From: the human T2T-CHM13v2.0 reference genome, Homo sapiens | Reading direction: 5' to 3' (one strand) | NCBI RefSeq assembly: GCF_009914755.1 | Contig: NC_060929.1 | DNA length: 64,000 nt | Part shown: in pieces, positions 59,718 through 64,000 of the stretch | Numbering within the stretch: position 1 is the stretch's first letter | Layout: each line of letters begins with the position of its first letter | Translations under genes and position numbers: made by a program | Notes under the pieces: model-generated | What the model saw: only the letters and a program-made list of their open reading frames with translations | Databases searched by the model: none | Told to the model about the DNA's origin: nothing

Positions 59718-59991
59718 CAGGGGTCAGCAAACCTTGGCCTATGGGGCCAAGTTCAACCCATGGTCTGTTTTTGTACTGCCTAAGAATGGTTTTTCCCTTT
59801 TTAAAGGGTTTTAAAACAGAAAAGAGGAAGGAGAGGAAGAAGAAGAAAGAGGAAAAGGGGAAAAGGAAAAAGAAGAAGAGGAGGAAAGAGGGAAGGGAAG
59901 GAGGAAAATACGTAACAGAGACCATATGTGTCCCACGAAGTCCAAGATAGTTACTATCTGACCGTTTACAGAAAAAGTGTGCCTACCACTG
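59718..59991 (+). mobile_element. MER58-like hAT-Charlie element with internal GA-rich expansion
   Basis: TIRs caggggtcagcaaac / gtgtgcctaccactg; acagagaccatatg...ttactatctgaccgtttacagaaaaag. Confidence 0.8.
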
Positions 59992-60274
59992 AACTAATGA
60001 GTTAACACCTTGAATTTAAGACTCAGCTTGTATTTTCCTATCCCCATAGACACTATCCTAATAAATGATTCACTGAATTTATTGGTTGCCTGGAGAATTT
60101 TAAGAGCCTTTCTTGGCCTCTAGCTTGGAGGACAGTTCTGAGGGGAGACTCAACTGGTCTCCATAGGAAGGCTGTGGGGTACTGTGCTACTGAGGCTCAG
60201 GATGAGTGCCTTGGCACAGTGAAAGGAAAGAGAGGGTCACGGTGACCTGGAAGAGCTGGGTGTGGAGGGTTAAT

Positions 60275-61170
60275 GCAGCCAGCATTTGTTGAAGATCCAA
60301 GTGCCGAGTTCCAGGTTAGGCACTGCAGGAAATAAAAACATAAAAAGGCCTCATTCCTACCGATGAGACAGACATCAAATCCAACAAACAATATAATGTA
60401 GAGAAGAGAACCAACAGAAAGTGTTGTGGGAGTGCCGGGTGGGTTCTTTTGATGCTTCCCACATGAGGCCACCTTTCAGGTGAGCCTAAACATAGCAGGA
60501 CTCTAGAAGGCATCCTAGGTGGAGGACAAGGCTTGAGCAAAAGTGCGAAGACAGGTGGAACCAGGAGATGGTCAAGGAAAGGCAGAGGCTCTGGTGAGGA
60601 GACAGAGTAGGAAAAGGTCATTTGATGACTTAATTTGGGTTCCTCTAGAAGCAGATCCTGAAATGAAGACTTGAGCAAAGGTAGTATATTTAGGAGGTGG
60701 TAACTCCTGAAGGCTACCAGAGTTAACCTGATTGGGGAACTCTGGGAGTCAATGCAGAACATGAACCTCAGAGTTATCCCACCCGAGGGAAAGGAAGCTG
60801 TAATGTATCTATAGCAACTCCCATCAGTCATTCATTTATCGAGAGTGGCTCTCAGGGGTGAGGGGGGCATCGATTCTAGCCTGTCATGTGCCCTTGTAGA
60901 GTGGGTTCTGCACCTGCACAGCTATGCCAGAGAGCCCTCAGGCACAGGGATGCAGATATTGGCACCTGGAAGGTGGAGGGTGGGCCTGCGTGTGCTGATA
61001 TGGTTAGACATAAGGGATATGAGAGGGCATCAACAGGATCTGCTGCAGTTGGGTCCTGATTGTGGAGAGCCTTGAATGCATCTATGCTAGGGAGTTTGCT
61101 GGTCTATAGGCAATGGGAACCAACAAGGTTTTTGAGCCTGGAGGTAGCATGACTACCACCTAGAAAGCTA
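60275..61170 (-). mobile_element. L2 remnant interrupted by an LTR16-like LTR (about 60625-61045)
   Basis: L2 motifs (gcatttgttga...; ggagagccttgaatgc...ataggcaatggga) flank ttgggttcctctagaagcagatcctga... Confidence 0.6.
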
Positions 61171-62914
61171 CTTGACCATAGTACAAATGAGTCAAGGGAC
61201 AAGTGAGCTCAGAGCTTCATGGAAAGATTCTGTAACTATCCAGAAGGATGAGAATGGGGGCCAGAACCAGGCCCCCATGATACTGAGGAAGACAGGAGGG
61301 AACACATGTACAGAGTGATGCCTGGATGCCATCAATAATGCTCCCATGGTTCTAGCACACAGGCAGCTGTGCAAAGAAGCAGAGAGAAAAGTAAGGTGGA
61401 TGGGTCACAGGATGGATAGGGCTCTGCAGGGGTGCTGCTTTGTGCAGCATCTCCCTCTGTAGCAACTAGAATGGAGTCTGGAGCTTTAGAGAGAATGCAG
61501 GACTGAAAACTCCGGTGGAAAAACATTGACAAAGAGGTCAAGGCATGGCCAAGATTACTCAGGGAAAGGATTTTGAAAGAAGACTTGTATGAGAACTATG
61601 AAAAATATTTATGCTGATGGAAGAGGAGAGGAATGAGCCAATGAAGCAGAAGAAAAAATCTGGGAACCCAAGGAAGAAACGAGAGGATTTTTAGCAGCTA
61701 ACTCTTTCCTACACGAAGGTATTCCTCCTCCTGGGGTCCACACCCAGGACCAGCACCATCTCTCCATCCAGAATGGAGCAGGGAGTGTACCCGGAGTTGT
61801 GACGAATCCAACTCTCTGCCATTCAGGATGATGGATGTTGTTATACCCCTATGTCCTGAACCTCAAGTGTATACATTTCTGGATAATCTGAACTTTCAAC
61901 CACCACCACCGGAAGTGTTGGCAAAACCCAGTGTGCCTGTGCAGCGAGCATTTTGTGGAGGAAAGGATCTATCACTTTCATTGATTCTCAAAGGGCTCCA
62001 TGAACCTATGAAGGACAAGAATCACAGGTCCAAAGAGCCAGTGAAGTAGCCACAATGAACACTCATTCAGCATTAGCCTGAGGTGGAATAGCAAGAGGGA
62101 GACCAGAGACCTCCCTGAATAGGCAGGGATGAAATTTTCCCTATACTTTGCAGAAAACTGTCAGAACCAAAAAACATCACCTGCCATTGCTTCAGGCACA
62201 TCTACCAAGAGAGTTTCATTCTGTGTAAAGTTTGCTTTTGTGCCTGACCTCAAGACCACTGCTGACCTGGAAGATCTGCTGTGCAGGGCTGCTAACAGAG
62301 CCACTGGGCAGCAGAAAGGTTACCCTGAATTTTCCCTCAGAGAACAGAGAAGCTTCTGTTATGGAAAAAGGAAGAAGAATAAAGCTCCAATATTAAAAAG
62401 CTTTGAAAAGTGTTTCAATGCAAGGAAGTTAGCTCCACTGCTGGGGTACCTTGATGCTCAAGAAAGACAACTATTGTTTCCTGCATGTTACATCAGGTAT
62501 TCAAGCCTCTTCAGGTCTGTCCTGTGGATCACAGGATTGTTGTGTGGAAAGCTACACTGCTTCTCCAAATAGGACACAGAGCCTGTTGCAAAGACATCAG
62601 TACATCTGAACTTCTGCTTGCTGGCTTTACCAGCAGCTTCTGGCTTCAAAGAAAGTTCTTTGGGCGATGTTTTCTAATTCCGGAAGAGAACCACATGTAC
62701 CTAAATCTTCTTGATTCGCCCAGGTACACATCAAAAGACAGGATTTGAAATCATTTCTGGATTCCAGAGATCAATCCTGTCTTTACTGCTCACCCAAGCC
62801 CTGCTGAGCCAGAAAGCCATCATGCCTGCCACAGGAAAGGGGGATTGGTGATTCCAGTGGCTGGAAATGTGCCCAATAGCACACATTTTCCAGAATCATT
62901 TATAAGGAGAAGTG

Positions 62915-63045
62915 ACAGTGCTTGGTCTCATCATGGCTCTGACACTGGTAAATCTCTGGGATTCTGTTTCCTCCTCGGTATACAATATTCAAAAAGATGT
63001 GGACCATATGACGCCAATGTCTCTTCCAGCTCTGACATGCTGGAT
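62915..63045 (+). mobile_element. MIR3-like fragment
   Basis: tgtttcctc...tggaccatatga...ttccagctctgacatgct. Confidence 0.5.
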
Positions 63046-63279
63046 ATTTGACTTCCTGAACATGCCACTCTGTAGGGTCTGGTTACCCCTGCCCCACGTC
63101 CCATAAAGCTACTCTGGTCCATCAGTATCATCAGTGGCAAAGCTAGAGCAAAGGGGCCCCTAGCTCTGCCCAACACAGCCATCTACAAACCTTCTGTGGG
63201 GTTATAGATGGTAGCAAGGGTTCACCTTCATAAGTAAGTATTTCCATTTCCAGTCTTTAAAAAATTACATAAACTAATT

Positions 63280-64000
63280 CTTTTTAAAAAATCTTTATGT
63301 ATTTAGGAGGTACAAGTACAGATTTTTTATATACATATATTGCATAGTGGTGACACCTGGTCTTTTAGTGTACCCATCACCTGAATAGTGAACATTGTAC
63401 CCAATAGGAATTTTCCATCCCTCAATCCCCTCCCAACTTTCCCACCTTTTGTAGCCTTTGGTGTCTATTATTCCACTCTATACATCCATGGGTACCCATT
63501 GTTCAGCTCTCACTTATAAGTGAGAACATGTGGCATTTGATTTTCTGTTTGAGTTATTTCACTTAGGGTAATGGCCTCCAGTTCCATGTATGTTGCTGCA
63601 AAAGACATGATTTCATTCTTTTTGATGGCTGAGTAGTATTCCGTGGGGTGTGTGTGGGTGTGTTTGTGTGTGTGGGTGTGTGTGTGTATAACATTTTCTT
63701 TATCTAGTCCTCCATTAATGGACACTTAAGTTGATTCCATATCTTTCCTATTGTGAATAGTGTTACAATAAACATATGAGTGCAGGTATCATTTTAATAT
63801 AATTATTTCTTTCCCTTTGGGTAGATACTCAGTTGCTGGATTGAAAGATAGTTCTATTTTTAGTTCTTTAAGAAATCTCCATATTATTTCCCATAAAGGT
63901 TGTACTAATTTACATTCCCACCAACAGTGTGTAAGTATACTCTTTTTTCCACATCCTTGCCAATATCTGTTGTTTTTTGACTTTTTAATAATAGCCATTC
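63280..64000 (-). mobile_element. L1 (L1PB/L1MA-like) 3' end, runs off the window
   Basis: ORFs 63510-63725 and 63789-63998 translate to the L1 ORF2p C-terminus (YYSAIKKNEIMSFAATYMELEAI; HCWWECKLVQPLW). Confidence 0.92.

Noticed and set aside
62129-62748. 147-aa and 87-aa ORFs as a terminal exon of the spliced chain
   Set aside because: The best acceptor (about 62340) gives the wrong phase relative to exon E for the long ORF, and there is no homology.

Overview
Repeat-rich primate (human-like) intergenic or intronic DNA, with Alus, L1, L2, MIR, MaLR/ERVL LTRs and hAT-Charlie MER elements. There is no CpG island and no intact known gene that I can recognise. The firmest call is an inactivated, intronless processed pseudogene of DNAJC24 (DPH4) on the minus strand, about 12015-14615. 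It sits in a nested stack inside an old L1, with two Alus, a second 3'-truncated L1 (5' region plus ORF1) and a MER1B. The most intriguing signal is a chain of five + strand exon-like segments (26300-57635). All have AG/GT boundaries and compatible phases, and together they give an uninterrupted 339-codon frame with no recognisable domain. This could be a lineage-specific gene, lncRNA exons, or a chance chain of the kind ab initio predictors build. Several perfect palindromes or hairpins and motif-dense candidate enhancers are also noted. Repeat subfamily names come from remembered consensus motifs and boundaries are approximate.
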